Shown: positions 25,929 through 37,990, counted from the first letter of the stretch. The stretch: 64,000 bases of DNA from Octopus sinensis (GCF_006345805.1 NC_043006.1:69626001-69690000), one strand, 5' to 3'. Notes: generated by a model not told the origin, from the letters alone. Made by a program: numbers and translations.

Positions 25929-26349
25929 AGTTCTATATTTAAGAGATGAGGAATTATGTACATTATTTACATTTGACGGATATCTGTCCTCGTCTTGTTT
26001 GTTGTTAACACAACGTTTCGGCTGATATACCTTTCAGCCTTCATCAGGTTTCGAACCTGGGTTCTCATTCCTAAGGTATTATTTGATGTTATTATTATTA
26101 TTATTATTATTATTAAGGTCACATTCTGAGTTCGATTCCAGGCAGTGACCTGAATAATAATAATGATGATAATAATAATAATAATAATAATAACAATAAT
26201 AATAACAACAACAACAACAACAACATCGAATAATACCTTACGAATGAGAACCCAGGTTCGAAATTTTCCCAAGACACCTGATGAAACGTTGTGTTAACAA
26301 CAAAAAAGACAATGACAAATATACGTCAAATGTAAATTATGTAAATAAT
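25929..26349. mobile_element. Palindromic (head-to-head) retroposon with a hammerhead-like motif in each arm, copy 1
   Basis: Left arm 25929-26090 is the reverse complement of right arm 26220-26349; (ATT)n/(AAT)n inner tracts; central AGGTCAC...GAGTTCGATTCC...GTGACCT; homologous to 43633-43986. Confidence 0.85.
26007..26047 (-). ncRNA. Minimal type-I hammerhead ribozyme motif (stem I damaged)
   Basis: Minus strand: CTGATGA-A-GGCTG-AAAGGTATAT-CAGCC-GAAA-CGTT-GTGTT; core and stem II intact, palindromic AACGTT stem III. Confidence 0.55.
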
Positions 26350-26594
26350 GTGTAGTTTCTGTGCTAGTTTATAAATGGTTTACTTTGGGAAACGACAAAC
26401 TGTTACATTTTCAACACATAATCAAGAAATCTGAATCAGAAAATATTTTAAATCTAAGTAATCAGTTCAGCAACTGTTAATCTGGAAAAACTTCTCACGC
26501 AGCCATTTTAGACAGATAACATCGTTTCACAAACCTACTGCTATACTTTATGATGTGTATCCACACTTAAATGTAATTCTTCCTGCTATATACC

Positions 26595-26870
26595 CATGGC
26601 CTGCCTGAAATTTTGGGGGTAGGAGCTAGTTGATTATATTGACCCCAGCATTTAACTGGTATTTAGTTTATTGTACCTCAAAGGATGACAAGTAAGGTCA
26701 GCGTAATTTGAACTCAAAACCTAAACACAAATGTAATGCCACTAAGCACACTCGTCACATTCTTTTAAATAAAAATAATTTCAAATTTTGGCACAAGGCT
26801 TGCAATTTTGGCGAAGGGATATGTCAATTACATCGACCCGAGTTTTCAACTGGTACTTATTTTATCGACC
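26595..26870 (-). mobile_element. Two tandem SINE family A fragments
   Basis: GATTATATTGACCCCAG...ACTGGTATT...AATTTGAACTCA and TTTCAAATTTTGGCACAAGG...ACATCGACCC...ACTGGTACTTATTTTATCGACC. Confidence 0.7.
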
Positions 26871-27244
26871 AATCATCTCTTGTATAATTAGTTGTGGTTC
26901 AAAAGGTTACCGAGTGGTAAGAAACGTTTTGGTACCAGATTAAATGTCTTAAAATGTTTCAAATTAAACTTTTCTTCTTATAATTTCTCATCCCAAATTC
27001 TGCTCCGAGTTAAACTGACCTTCTATCCTGTATCCATATTATATAAAATAAAAACCCTTCATAAACTGGGGTCACTTTCAATGGCTATAATTAAAAATCA
27101 TAACAGGCATGGTAGTTTAAGGCAGGATTTGAACTCAGATGGTAAATTAAATATTGGAAGACAGTTCAAGCTACTATTTCGAACTACTGTAGCTTTCATT
27201 CTTTCATAGATACATGCATACATACATATATATACGCACACATA

Positions 27245-27603
27245 GGTGTAGTTGTGTGGAAAGAAGCTTGTTTCTCAGTTACACGGCTCCGATTTCAGTC
27301 CCACTGCGTGGCACTTTGAGCAAATATCATTTACTATAGCCTCCGACCGACCAATATGGAAACTGAAAGGAGCCCGTCGTATATATATCTCTGTGTTTGT
27401 GCGTGCGTGCGTGCTCCCACAATCGCTTGACAACCGGTACTGATGTGTTTACGTCCCTGTAACTTAGCAGTTCGGCAAAAGAGACCGATAAAATAAGTAC
27501 CGGGCTAAAAAGTATACAATATGTACTGGTGTTGATTCATTCGACTAAAAATTATTTGAAGCAGCGCCCTTTTGTGGCTACAGACTCATGACGAAAAAGG
27601 TAA
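27245..27603 (+). mobile_element. SINE family B, degenerate
   Basis: CAGTCCCACTGCGTGGCACTTTGAGCAA, GGAAACTGAAAGGAGCCCGTCG, ATCGCTTGACAACCG, GTTCGGCAAAAGAGACCGATAAAATAAGTAC. Confidence 0.8.
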
Positions 27604-27625
27604 CACGCACACATTATATATATAT

Positions 27626-27673
<48 letters not shown>

Positions 27674-28000
27674 ATGATGTAATACATTACACAGATATTT
27701 GACGCCGATTTCTTTTTAAAGAATGTGGTAGAATTGCTTGTTATTTCTAACATGAGCACATAGAACTCCGCCGTTGGCTAAGAATGGAAGAACATGCAAC
27801 TAAGAGGAAAGGATGGGGAATTGTAAAAGACTTAATCGACCGTGGAAATTTATTTACAGGAAGAAAAGGCTCACTAATATTGCGAAAAGCTAAGTCAGCC
27901 TTGACAGAATTTCAATTTAGAACGTAACGTTATATTTCAAGTTTTAGCTCCTTTTCGATTTGGCCGAACATGTTTTAATACAAACATGTAAACGTTCGTT

Positions 28001-28104
28001 ATATCATGAATATCTGTTATGATTATATCATGTGGAGAATATATGTTATGATTATGATAACAGAATATCTGTTATGATTATATCATGAATATCTGTTATG
28101 ATTA
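28001..28104. repeat. ~24-bp minisatellite (ATATCATGAATATCTGTTATGATT)
   Basis: Four imperfect units. Confidence 0.8.
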
Positions 28105-28499
28105 AACTATATTTTATAATATAGTCCAATATATAATTTACTGCAGAATAATGTAATAATATCGTTTATTAAAAAATAACATGGCGCCATACATATTTTA
28201 ATATATAACATTATATATTATATGCGTATATATCATGTTATTGCCTAATGTATAGATAATATGATACATGTTATGATTATATGATTATTCTTTCTAACGT
28301 TGGTGCGAGGTCAGCAATTTTGAGTGGAGACAGCAAGACACTTACATCGATCCCAACAGAAGAAAGGAAAGTTTGGCTTGACGGGATTTGAACTCAGAAA
28401 ATAAAAAAAAGGAAAAATACCACTGGATATTGTGTCCGACGCGCTAACGACTCCGCCAATATGATTAATATACGATAGTAATAGAACATAATGATATAA

Positions 28500-28700
28500 G
28501 CGTAGTCCCGATGGCTTCGATGAACAAGTGTCCCAATTCCTCACTCAGTTGAGCTAACCTATATATATTGAGGTTAGCTCAATCAGCTGAGATAACCTAT
28601 ACAGAGTACGTGACCGAGGGTTCCATAGACACTTGTAAATTTAACGTAACTTTTAGTCTAACATACTGTGTGATAAGGCTCAGCCTTTGAATCACAGGTA
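28500..28700 (-). mobile_element. SINE family E 3' fragment
   Basis: GTAGTCCCGATGGCTTCGATGAACAAGTGTCCC ... CAGCCTTTGAATCACAGG resembles 40871-41050. Confidence 0.4.
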
Positions 28701-29481
28701 TGTTCTACCCAAGGGCTTCCGAACATTTTCCGGTGACCCAATTTCATTCATAAAGCATGGGTTGACAATGACGCTATAATGAAAGATCGTTGTTCAAGCT
28801 GTCACAATATGGGCGCCGATCATTTCAAACCGAAGACGAGAAAGCCGAGCAGCGGACTGCCGAATCGAAATGACCTAAAAATTAGAATGCTGTCATGCTT
28901 CAAGACCGAGCAACCAGAGCAACGACTGCTGAAAGATTTTGAGATATTAATCTGAAAAACAATCTTTCAAGGCATTTTAAGTCTTTTCTGGTTTCGGAAC
29001 GGATTTTAGCGTAGCATGTTTACTTGTAATACTCTACATCAGAATAACAAATGCCACCGATTCTACCAGCTCGCCACCTTAACAATAACAACAGAAGTGC
29101 ATTTGCAAGGAGAGAATATTAAAAATAAAAGCGTAAACAGAAACCGTTTATTTATAGGACACTTCTGTTCTTTAAATTATTTTCTCTTAATATAAAACAG
29201 AAATCAAGCGTTTGAAATGCCGTGCGTTATATGTCATTAAAATGAAAAGAAAGAATGGAGACAAAGGGAGATAGGTGTTGGAGTCAATCGAAAATTTACT
29301 TAATTATTTGAAATGTTTGTTTTGTATTGTAACAAAAGGAGAAAATGTTTAATAATTAGAGAATAAAGTATTCGCTTATATCTTCGATAGCGCATCTCTC
29401 ACTGGAATGATGTAAACGATTACCGCCTCCCCCAAATTGTTTCAAGCCTTGCAATTATTATTATTATTATTATTATTATTA

Positions 29482-29695
29482 TTTCAAATTCCGCTGAGGT
29501 CGACATTGCCTTTCATCATTTCGGGGTCGATAAAATAAGTACCAGTTGAACATTGAGGTCAATGTAATCGACTCATCACCCACCTTCCCCAAGTTTCCCC
29601 TGTGGCAAAATCGACCTCGGTGTAATTTGAACTCAGAACTTAAAGAAGGGACGAATTACCGCTCAGCATTCTGCCCGGCGAGCCAGCTCGCTGCT
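29482..29695. mobile_element. Two SINE family A fragments in inverted orientation
   Basis: + strand body 29482-29600; - strand head 29600-29695 (GGCAAAATCGACCTCGG...AATTTGAACTCAGAAC...GCCAGCTCGCTGC). Confidence 0.75.
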
Positions 29696-30018
29696 TTCTC
29701 AGTAATAATAATGTTAACAATGTCGGAAAGAAATAATATCTCCTATCTAGCAATGATATCAAGAGGAGCAAACAAGTATGTAAAAGACATCCTTGACAGC
29801 CTCAAAATAAGGGGATTTACAAAAGACCATACCTCTGGGTAACTCACATTCTACCTAATTCTTGTACATGTAAATGCAGACTGAATCATTCGTATCGTTT
29901 TTCTCCCACAGACATCAGTGTTTTTCCATTTGCATAGTGCTTCACCTGTTAGCATCATTAGATGCAAAATCTCGTCACTTGACTTGCCTTCCTGAAGGAG
30001 TGGCCGTGCGGTAAGTTA

Positions 30019-30191
30019 GGCATAGGAGTGGCTGTGTGGTAAGTAGCTTGCTTACGAACCATATGGTTCCGGGTTCAGTCCCACTTCGTGGCACCTTCGG
30101 CAAGTATCTTCTACTATAGCTTCGGGCCGACCAAAGCCTTGTGAGTGGATTTGGTAGACGGAAACTGAAAGAAGCCTGTCATATGTATGTA

Positions 30192-30226
<35 letters not shown>

Positions 30227-30402
30227 CTCCCCAACATCGCTTGACAACCGATGCTGGTGAGTTTACGTCCTCGTAGCTTAGATGTTCGGCAAAAGGAACC
30301 GATAGAATAAGTACTGAGCTTACAAAGAATAAGTCCTGGGTTCGATTTGATCCACTAAAGGCGGTGCTCCAGCATGGCCGCAGTCAAATGACAAACAAAA
30401 AA
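30019..30402 (+). mobile_element. SINE family B, full length
   Basis: A-box-like GGAGTGGCTGTGTGGTAAG, B-box GGGTTCAGTCCC, CORE-like GGCACCTTCGGCAAGT, internal (TG)n, 3' CATGGCCGCAGTCAAATGAC; partial head duplication at 29997-30015. Confidence 0.9.
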
Positions 30403-30459
30403 TATAAGAGAAACGTGGGTGCAACTCGTATGAATAACATTGAGAAAAGGCCTCAGATT

Positions 30460-30507
<48 letters not shown>

Positions 30508-31366
30508 TAGATAGATATAGAGGGGGAAGGGGAGAGAGAGAGTGGCTGTGTGTGTATATGTTTGCGAGAGAGAAAGAGACAGACAGAGTGGATAACTCAA
30601 TTTAATTCATTGCCATACTTGACTGCAATGGATATCACAGACCCTGACAGAATGAAATGTTAAACTTGACTCAGGAAGAATTTGAACTTCAGTCCTAAAG
30701 TGCTGTAACTAGATACTGTAACACATTTAGTCCAGTTATTTAACTGTTCTGCCTGCAAGCCTGGCACCGGCGTTGTGGTTGTTCTAACGAAGGATAATCT
30801 TCAAGTGAAATATAATATGGAAAAGCCTGCCGAGAATGAGATAAGATTTTTAACACGGCTGAATATGTGCAGAAGAAAGATATGAGAGACAAAAGAAGTC
30901 TTCTAGATTATCGTTGTTGCTGTTGTTGTTGTTGCTGCTGAAGACCTCTTTGACCAATCGATTGCGATGCTGATGTAGATATGCATATGATGTGCGGGTG
31001 TATGTGTATACACCCTGCTATCTTCACATCACTGTCTTCAGATTACTATGTATGTGTCTCTATGTGTGCATACGTCTGCATATGTATATACATATTAAAC
31101 TTACAAACATACACACATTACATATACATATATATATATATATTATATATATATATATATATAGTACGCGCACATACCATCTCTGTCTGTGTCACATTTA
31201 ATGCTCGGATGTAAAACCACTGTATTAAATCACGACCTACTTATCTTAGTTTCCAGAAAACGACGAATCGGCTCTCTCTCTCTCTCTCCTTTATTTCCTT
31301 TCTCCGTTTCTCTTCATGTGTCTATCTACATCTCGCCCTTTCTATACACATTCTGCCTCCTTTCCC

Positions 31367-31421
<55 letters not shown>

Positions 31422-31881
31422 GTTTACAATTTTTGTTCTTGTTTTCATTTACTACCTTCCGCCATTTTCCTTCTCTCTTTTCTACAATATATTTATATAT
31501 ATTTCGTACGTTTATATTGTCTATTGTTATTGTGAACATTATAGTTGATACTTGTTGCTGTTGTTGCAACTATTGCTGTTGCAGTTTGTTTTTTTAATCT
31601 TTTTTGTCGATTTTTTTTTATGATTGTTACTGATAGTTGCCTCTGCTGTTGTTGTTATTATTGTTGTTCTTGCTGCTATTGTTATCGTTGATGGCTTTGT
31701 TTTTATTGATATTGCAATTGCTCTTCTTGTTGCCATTGTTGTACTTATTACTGCTGCTGCTGCTCCTGCTGCTGCTGATGCCACTGTTGCTGCAATGTCT
31801 TGTTCTGTGTTGTTATTTAGTTTAAGCTTTAACGAAACAATATCCCACGCTACTCACTTCAACACGCAAACGTTATGTTTG

Positions 31882-31923
<42 letters not shown>

Positions 31924-32037
31924 GAGAGAGAGAGAGAGAGTGATAGGTAGGTATGTAGGTAGGTAGATAGATAGACAGGTAGATAGACAGGTAGATAGAC
32001 AGGTAGATAGACAGGTAGATAGACAGGTAGATAGACA

Positions 32038-32256
32038 GGCAGAAACGTTAGCACGCCGGGCGAAATGCTTAGCGGTATTTCGTCTGCGTTACGTTGTGAG
32101 TTCAAATTCCGCCGAGGTCGACTTTGCCTTTCATCCTTTCGGGGTCGATAAATTAAGTACCAGTTACGCACTGGGGTCGATGTAATCGACTTAATACCTA
32201 TGTCTGTCCTTGTTTGTCCCCTCTGTGTTTAGCCCCTTGTGGGTAATAAAGAAATA
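32038..32256 (+). mobile_element. SINE family A, very young subfamily (5'-truncated)
   Basis: One difference in ~220 bp from 34833-35051; flanked by GGTAGATAGACA / GGTAGATAGATA. Confidence 0.95.
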
Positions 32257-32483
32257 GGTAGATAGATATACAGGTATGTACAATTAGAGTGTGTACGCAT
32301 GTATGTGTAGATGAATGCAGCAATGTATATATATGTATGAATAAGTGCACGTATATGTATACCTATGTATGCATATACATATGAATCTATGTAAGCACAT
32401 ATATTGTTAATAGGTGAACGTTTCCATGCAAGCTTCATTACGTGCATGCATATAAAATGTGTGTATACATATATACATACACA

Positions 32484-32621
32484 CAGAGGGTGTTCAAAAT
32501 GTCGCTCCGCAGTATTTTACGACAAAATATTTGTAAGATGATACAAGACTACAAAAGAATATATTAGACTATATATTAGTAAAAAAAATTCACTGCGGAG
32601 AGACTTTTTGAACATCCTGTA
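32484..32621. mobile_element. Tc1/mariner-type MITE (~138 bp)
   Basis: CAGAGGGTGTTCAAAATGTCGCTCCGCAGT and ACTGCGGAGAGACTTTTTGAACATCCTGTA form ~28-bp TIRs; right end abuts TA. Confidence 0.75.
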
Positions 32622-33268
32622 TGCATGTATATATATATATATAAATTGTATGTGTATATACGCACGTATACATATATATTTGAATGCATATTGATACTCA
32701 CATGCATGCATGCACAACAAAACAACTTGACTATTTCCACATTATGCTCTTTAAAAGATATTATCATATATGACAATTGAATAGAATGAGCATGTAATGG
32801 TACAATCAACAATAATCATGTGACTGGTTGGATACAACATGTGACTGCAACACGTGAGCGTAATGTGGGTTGTTAGAGGCACTCAGTGCACAGCGCTTTC
32901 AGATAGAAAAATTTCGAATTTTTAACAGATTTCATTCACGTTGTTATTTCTTGATCACAACTAATTTTGTCTTGCCTCAAGCACGACTGATTGAGCTGAG
33001 CACAACTGTGATAGAACATTATTTTAGCTTCCGCTTTCTGTGAGTTTTTATGCTGCCCAGAATGTGTGAGAGATGCCTGTGCAATTTCCTTCAACTTTCT
33101 CCCAACCCACATTACGCTACCGCTGCTACTACTACTACAAGCACAATCAGGTCAACAAGAACAACAGTGACGATAATAACAACATCAATGACATTTCCAT
33201 TTCAAAACTGGAGTTTTATAAACAGTAACATCATCATCAACAATAATAATGTTAGCAACAACAGCGGC

Positions 33269-33613
33269 GGAGGCGCAATGGCCCAGTGGTTAGGGCAGCG
33301 GACTCGCGGTCGTAGGAACACGGTTTCGATTCCCAGACCGGGCATTGTGAGTATTTATTGAGACCCTAGTCTCGATTGCGAATCCTCTGTACCCCAGAAT
33401 GGTTCAGCTCTCCACCCGTTAAAAATAGCCACCGTTTACGGAATGAGGATAACAACGTGGCTTTCGCGCCCGTGCAACCGCCAGTCTATCGTGTGTGGTG
33501 AGTGGATCTTCAAGTTGCCGTACGCATTCTTAGTAGCTTAGAGTAGGCTCGAATTAGAGATTATTCTTTGTGGCTAATGGTGTGAGTCCTGATTGGAAGA
33601 AGAAGAAGAAGAA
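33269..33613 (+). mobile_element. SINE family C1 with internal deletion
   Basis: A-box TGGCCCAGTGG, B-box GGTTTCGATTCC; head joined directly to GACCCTAGTCTCGATTGCG block; (GAA)n tail. Confidence 0.9.
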
Positions 33614-33874
33614 AGCTGCAGCAACAACAAGAACTACAACTATTTCTTATATAAGCACAATAGCCAGAGATTTGGGGGGAAAGTTCGTCGATTACATTGA
33701 CCCCAATATTTGACTGGTATTTCATTTTATTGATGCTGAAATAATGAAAGGCAAATTTCGTCTCAGCAGAATTTAGAAGCCGAACGTAGAGTGTCAGACC
33801 TAAGAACACATGTAATTTTCTCCTTGTTATTAGCGATCCCACTCCAACAAAAGACCGAACTACTATGACAATCC

Positions 33875-34179
33875 GTGGAGGCACATGGCCTAGTGGTTAG
33901 AGCAGCGGAATCGCGGTCGAGGGATCGCGGGCTCGAATCTCAGACCGGGCGATGTGTGTGTTTATGAGCGAAACACCTAAGCTCCACGCGGCTCCGGCAG
34001 AAGGTAATGGCAAACTTCTGCTGACTCTTTCACCACAACTTTCACTCACTCTTTCCTCCTATATCTTGCAGCTTACCTGCGACGGACCGGCGTCCCGACC
34101 AGGTGGGGAATCTATACTCCAAGGAAAACGGGAAACCGGCCCTAATTAGCCAGGCATGGCTCGAGAAGGAACAAACAAA
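33875..34179 (+). mobile_element. tRNA-derived SINE, family C, full length with TSD
   Basis: A-box TGGCCTAGTGG, B-box GGCTCGAATCTC, AGGAACAAACAAA tail; 13-bp TSD ACTATGACAATCC / ACTATGACGATCC. Confidence 0.9.
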
Positions 34180-34824
34180 ACTATGACGATCCACTACCTT
34201 TTCAAAGGCATTTTCTAACATAGGTATGCAAGGCAACAGAGTTTCAGCGTAAAAGAGCTATATCTGACTATAGTGATACCTTTATCATATTTTTCTTGAG
34301 CTCCAAGACTCTTAAACCCGGTTACCCGGTTTCCATGGCGTATATAAGTGAGGGAAATCAAAGCATTCATTCTGAACTTGCTGTCGTTCTGTTGTAGAGT
34401 TCTAGACAAGAAATTTTGAAGGGAGGAAGGGGAGAAATCGATTACGTAGATCCCAGTACTTTATCGGTACTGTGTTTAACGACAGTGACGGGATGAGAGG
34501 AACTCAGCGCGTTGGTCAAAATGCTTAGCAACATTTCTTCCAGCGCTTACTGTTCTAACTATTCTGCCAGCTCACCACCTCAAACATGTGTATGACTGGT
34601 ACTTGTTCCATCAAACCCCATGGAGACAAAATGTTAAGCCCGTCACACTGGGTTATGATTTCATAATATCTATAAAACTGAAATGCGAAAAAGTTGTTTG
34701 ATTTCTTGGTTATGTGTCTCATTTTGGGATGGGAACGGTTTAAGGGGTGGTTGATGGGGTCGGATTGGCGCCAAAATTTACACTGGGGGTAAAATGGGGA
34801 GGGCAATGGTGTGAGGAGAGTTGC

Positions 34825-35051
34825 GGCGAGCTGGCAGAAACGTTAGCACGCCGGGCGAAATGCTTAGCGGTATTTCGTCTGCGTTACGTTGTGAGTTCAA
34901 ATTCCGCCGAGGTCGACTTTGCCTTTCATCCTTTCGGGGTCGATAAATTAAGTACCAGTTACGCACTGGGATCGATGTAATCGACTTAATACCTATGTCT
35001 GTCCTTGTTTGTCCCCTCTGTGTTTAGCCCCTTGTGGGTAATAAAGAAATA
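34825..35051 (+). mobile_element. SINE family A, very young, with perfect 17-bp TSD
   Basis: GGTGTGAGGAGAGTTGC at 34808-34824 and 35052-35068. Confidence 0.95.
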
Positions 35052-35907
35052 GGTGTGAGGAGAGTTGCAAGTCGCTCGAGGCAACCGATTGGTTGCCATG
35101 GTGAGGAATATGGGAAAAGGAGAAAAGAAAGAGTGGAAGAAGAGAAAGAGGAAAAAGAAGATAAAGACGAAGAAAAAATTTTAAAATAATAAAAAAAGAA
35201 GAGGGTAATAATAAGAACCAGGCAAAGAAGACGAACAAAAGAAGGAAGGGAAAAGGAGATAACACGGACAAAGCAACACCACCACCACCAAAACCCGAAC
35301 GAAGCACGGGGCAAAATAGCTAGTCTTATAATAGTTTCTATATTTCAGACAAGAGTTTGGTCGAAGGTGTATGAGATGATAAACAAATTTACCCCGTGCT
35401 TGGCTGGTGATTATTTTCATCGAAAGACAAAAAGAAAATAGTGGATTCCCCGCTCGATGCATCTAAATACCTCAAAACCGCTCTAATAATTTAGCTACTT
35501 ATTGCGGTCGAGGACTTTGGATAAAATAAACATTGAACATTAATGAACGAAGCAGAAAACAAAATCGAGGAGCGAAAATAAATATTCTTTAATCCATCTT
35601 ATGCATAAATACTTAAAAAAAAAACTGACAAGAGACGGAAAACAGAAAAGGGAAATAAAAGCTGTAACAAATGGTAGTTTAAGATTAAGTACTTAATCTG
35701 GTTATTAGTTAACCGCAAAATATTCTGGAATTGTAAATGACAAATATTTAATTATTCCGTTATTCTTTTACCGATTTCAGTCATTGGACTGCGGTCGTGC
35801 TGAGGTTTTGGCTTCATGAGAAAGTGTATTCCTGTCGACCCCAAGTAAATATTTCAGATCAGTTCTTATTTTATTATTGTTATACTTCGGGATGCTTTTA
35901 TTCGTTA

Positions 35908-36291
35908 TGTTTCAGTCATTTGACTGCGGCCATGCTGGAGCACCGCTCTTAGTCGAACAAAAGACCCTCTCCAGGACTTATTCTTTGTAAGCCTAGTACT
36001 TATTCTATCGGTTTTTTTTTGCCGACCTGCTAATTTACGAGGACGTAAACACACCACCATCGGTTGTCAAGCGATGTTGGAGGGACAAACACAGACACAC
36101 AAACATATATATATATATATATATATACGACAGGCTTCTCTCAGTTTCCGTCTACCAAATCCACTCACAAGGCTTTGGTCGGACCGAGGCTATAGTAGAA
36201 GACATTTACTCAAGGTTCCACACAGTGACACTGAAACCAGGAACCATGTGGTTGGTAACCAAGCTACTTACCACATACCCACTCCTGTGCC
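35908..36291 (-). mobile_element. SINE family B, full length
   Basis: Reverse complement of family B with internal (TA)n. Confidence 0.9.
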
Positions 36292-36361
36292 TATATATAT
36301 AAAACGAGAGAGAGAAAGAAAAGAAAGAGAGAGAGAGAGAGAGAATATATAAAATATATGT

Positions 36362-36562
36362 ATGACCCCTCTGTCCGGCATTAGCCAGGATAGATCGCTA
36401 GTCACTAAACCTTTTCTATTTTCCCTCCCTGTATATTTCTGTGTTCCTTTCTGTCGAAGAGCGTAGGCTCGAAACGTAAAAGACTCACTCCTCGAGCGCT
36501 AAACTAATACGTCTGTTTGTTGTTTACACACCCGTCTTCATTTTTTGTGTTTTTGTAAATTC

Positions 36563-36568
<6 letters not shown>
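36362..36568 (+). mobile_element. Penelope-like pLTR-type repeat (hammerhead family 2)
   Basis: Homologous to 16054-16231; ends at a (TA)n tract. Confidence 0.6.
36447..36482 (+). ncRNA. Minimal hammerhead-like motif with variant core
   Basis: CTTT-CTGTCGA-A-GAGC-GTAG-GCTC-GAAA-CGTA-AAAG: stems I and II pair; core A6 replaced by T. Confidence 0.45.
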
Positions 36569-36606
<38 letters not shown>

Positions 36607-36793
36607 TAGTTAAAATATTTTTGTGACATATTACATATTTCAACACATTTTTTACACCTTTTACCATCAGAGAAAATTTTTTTTCTCAGTAACTGCAAGG
36701 AAATTTCCTAAATTTGAAATATGTCACAATCATATTCTTAACAAATCTAAACTTCGCTTATGCCTAAACACTGCTTACCGCTGAAACTACTGA

Positions 36794-36857
<64 letters not shown>

Positions 36858-36907
36858 TTGAGAGGATGCTGAAAAGTCCCTGGCTTTCTGTATTGCATTC
36901 GCCTGAA

Positions 36908-37120
36908 GGCGGCGAGTTGGCAGAGACGTTAGCACGCCGGGCTAAATGCTTAGCGGTGTTTAGTCTGTCTTTACATCCCGGGTTAAAATTCCGCCGAGGT
37001 CGACTTTGCCATTCATCCTTTGGGGGTTGATAAATTAAGTACCAGTTGCGTACTGGGACGGTCTAATCGACTGGTCCCCCTCTCTCAAAATTTCGGACTT
37101 CGTGCCAAGACTAGAAAAGT
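36908..37120 (+). mobile_element. SINE family A
   Basis: GGCGGCGAGTTGGCAGAGACGTTAGCACGCCGGG ... GATAAATTAAGTACCAG. Confidence 0.9.
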
Positions 37121-37537
37121 ATATAGTAATTTCCTGTCTTTGGCCCAAACTAAGACGACTTGTGCTTAATGTACTGTGCACCGGGATCCAGCCGTAACCC
37201 TAGTGCTTAGGAAGCGAAATTTTCGTTTGTCTTTCGCTTACAAGTTAATCTTTATGACCTACTATCGAAGACGGTCAACCAGTAATCCATCTTCTGGATC
37301 AGAGTTAAACATCGACTACCAAACAAAGAAATAAAAAATTCCAACAACCTTTTATCAACAACGGAAGAGAAATTGAAGTGAAAACTTACAGAATCCTTAG
37401 TTTTGTGCATAAAGCGACGTGGGTCCTTTTTTGTTATAATATACATCTTCATGTATAAAAGGAGCAGATTATTTCCACTATGACCACCACAAAAATCGGA
37501 GTGTGTCAGTTGGTTAACTAGAGAAATATACACTGTC

Positions 37538-37562
37538 ACTTACCTGAAAGTAAACAAAAAAT
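37538..37562 (-). other. Candidate recursive (AG|GT) splice site
   Basis: Minus strand ATTTTTGTTTACTTTCAG|GTAAGT; junction between 37544 and 37543. Confidence 0.3.
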
Positions 37563-37990
37563 ATATATATATATTAAATTAAGAAATACATAAATTATAT
37601 TAAAAACTTAATACATTTAAAAATAATAACGAAAGAAAGAAGTAGCTAAGTTAATAATTAGATACATCGTACATTAATAAACAAAGAAAAAAGGGGAGAC
37701 AGAGGTTAGAGGCCAAGTCAAAGGTTAAAAAAAATTGACATTCAGATGGGAATGGAAAGGGAAGGAGTAAGCGGAGGAGGGATTGAAATAGCTGAGGAGA
37801 GAAATGTGAAGGAGAGTAGTGTCGGCAATAATTTTAATGTTCATGGTATCATCACATAGGGATGTTGAATAGTTAACTACAAATAATTGTGGTGAAGTAG
37901 ATGTGGGTATGCATATATATATATATATATAATAGAAATATTAAAATTACTAAGTCTCTCTAAAAGAGAACACGGCAGCGTTCCTGGAAA

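Noticed and set aside
28761-28780. TTGACA...TATAAT resembling a bacterial sigma70 promoter
   Set aside because: Spacing is about 7 bp instead of 16-18, and the context is eukaryotic.
33269-33345. tRNA gene-like sequence (also 33877, 12985-13055, 15456)
   Set aside because: A and B boxes are present but there is no acceptor stem or complete cloverleaf, and each continues into a SINE body; these are tRNA-derived heads.
31854-34966. Identical peptide MRNWYLIYRPRKDERQ... in two ORFs
   Set aside because: Antisense translation of the two young family-A SINE copies, not a duplicated gene.
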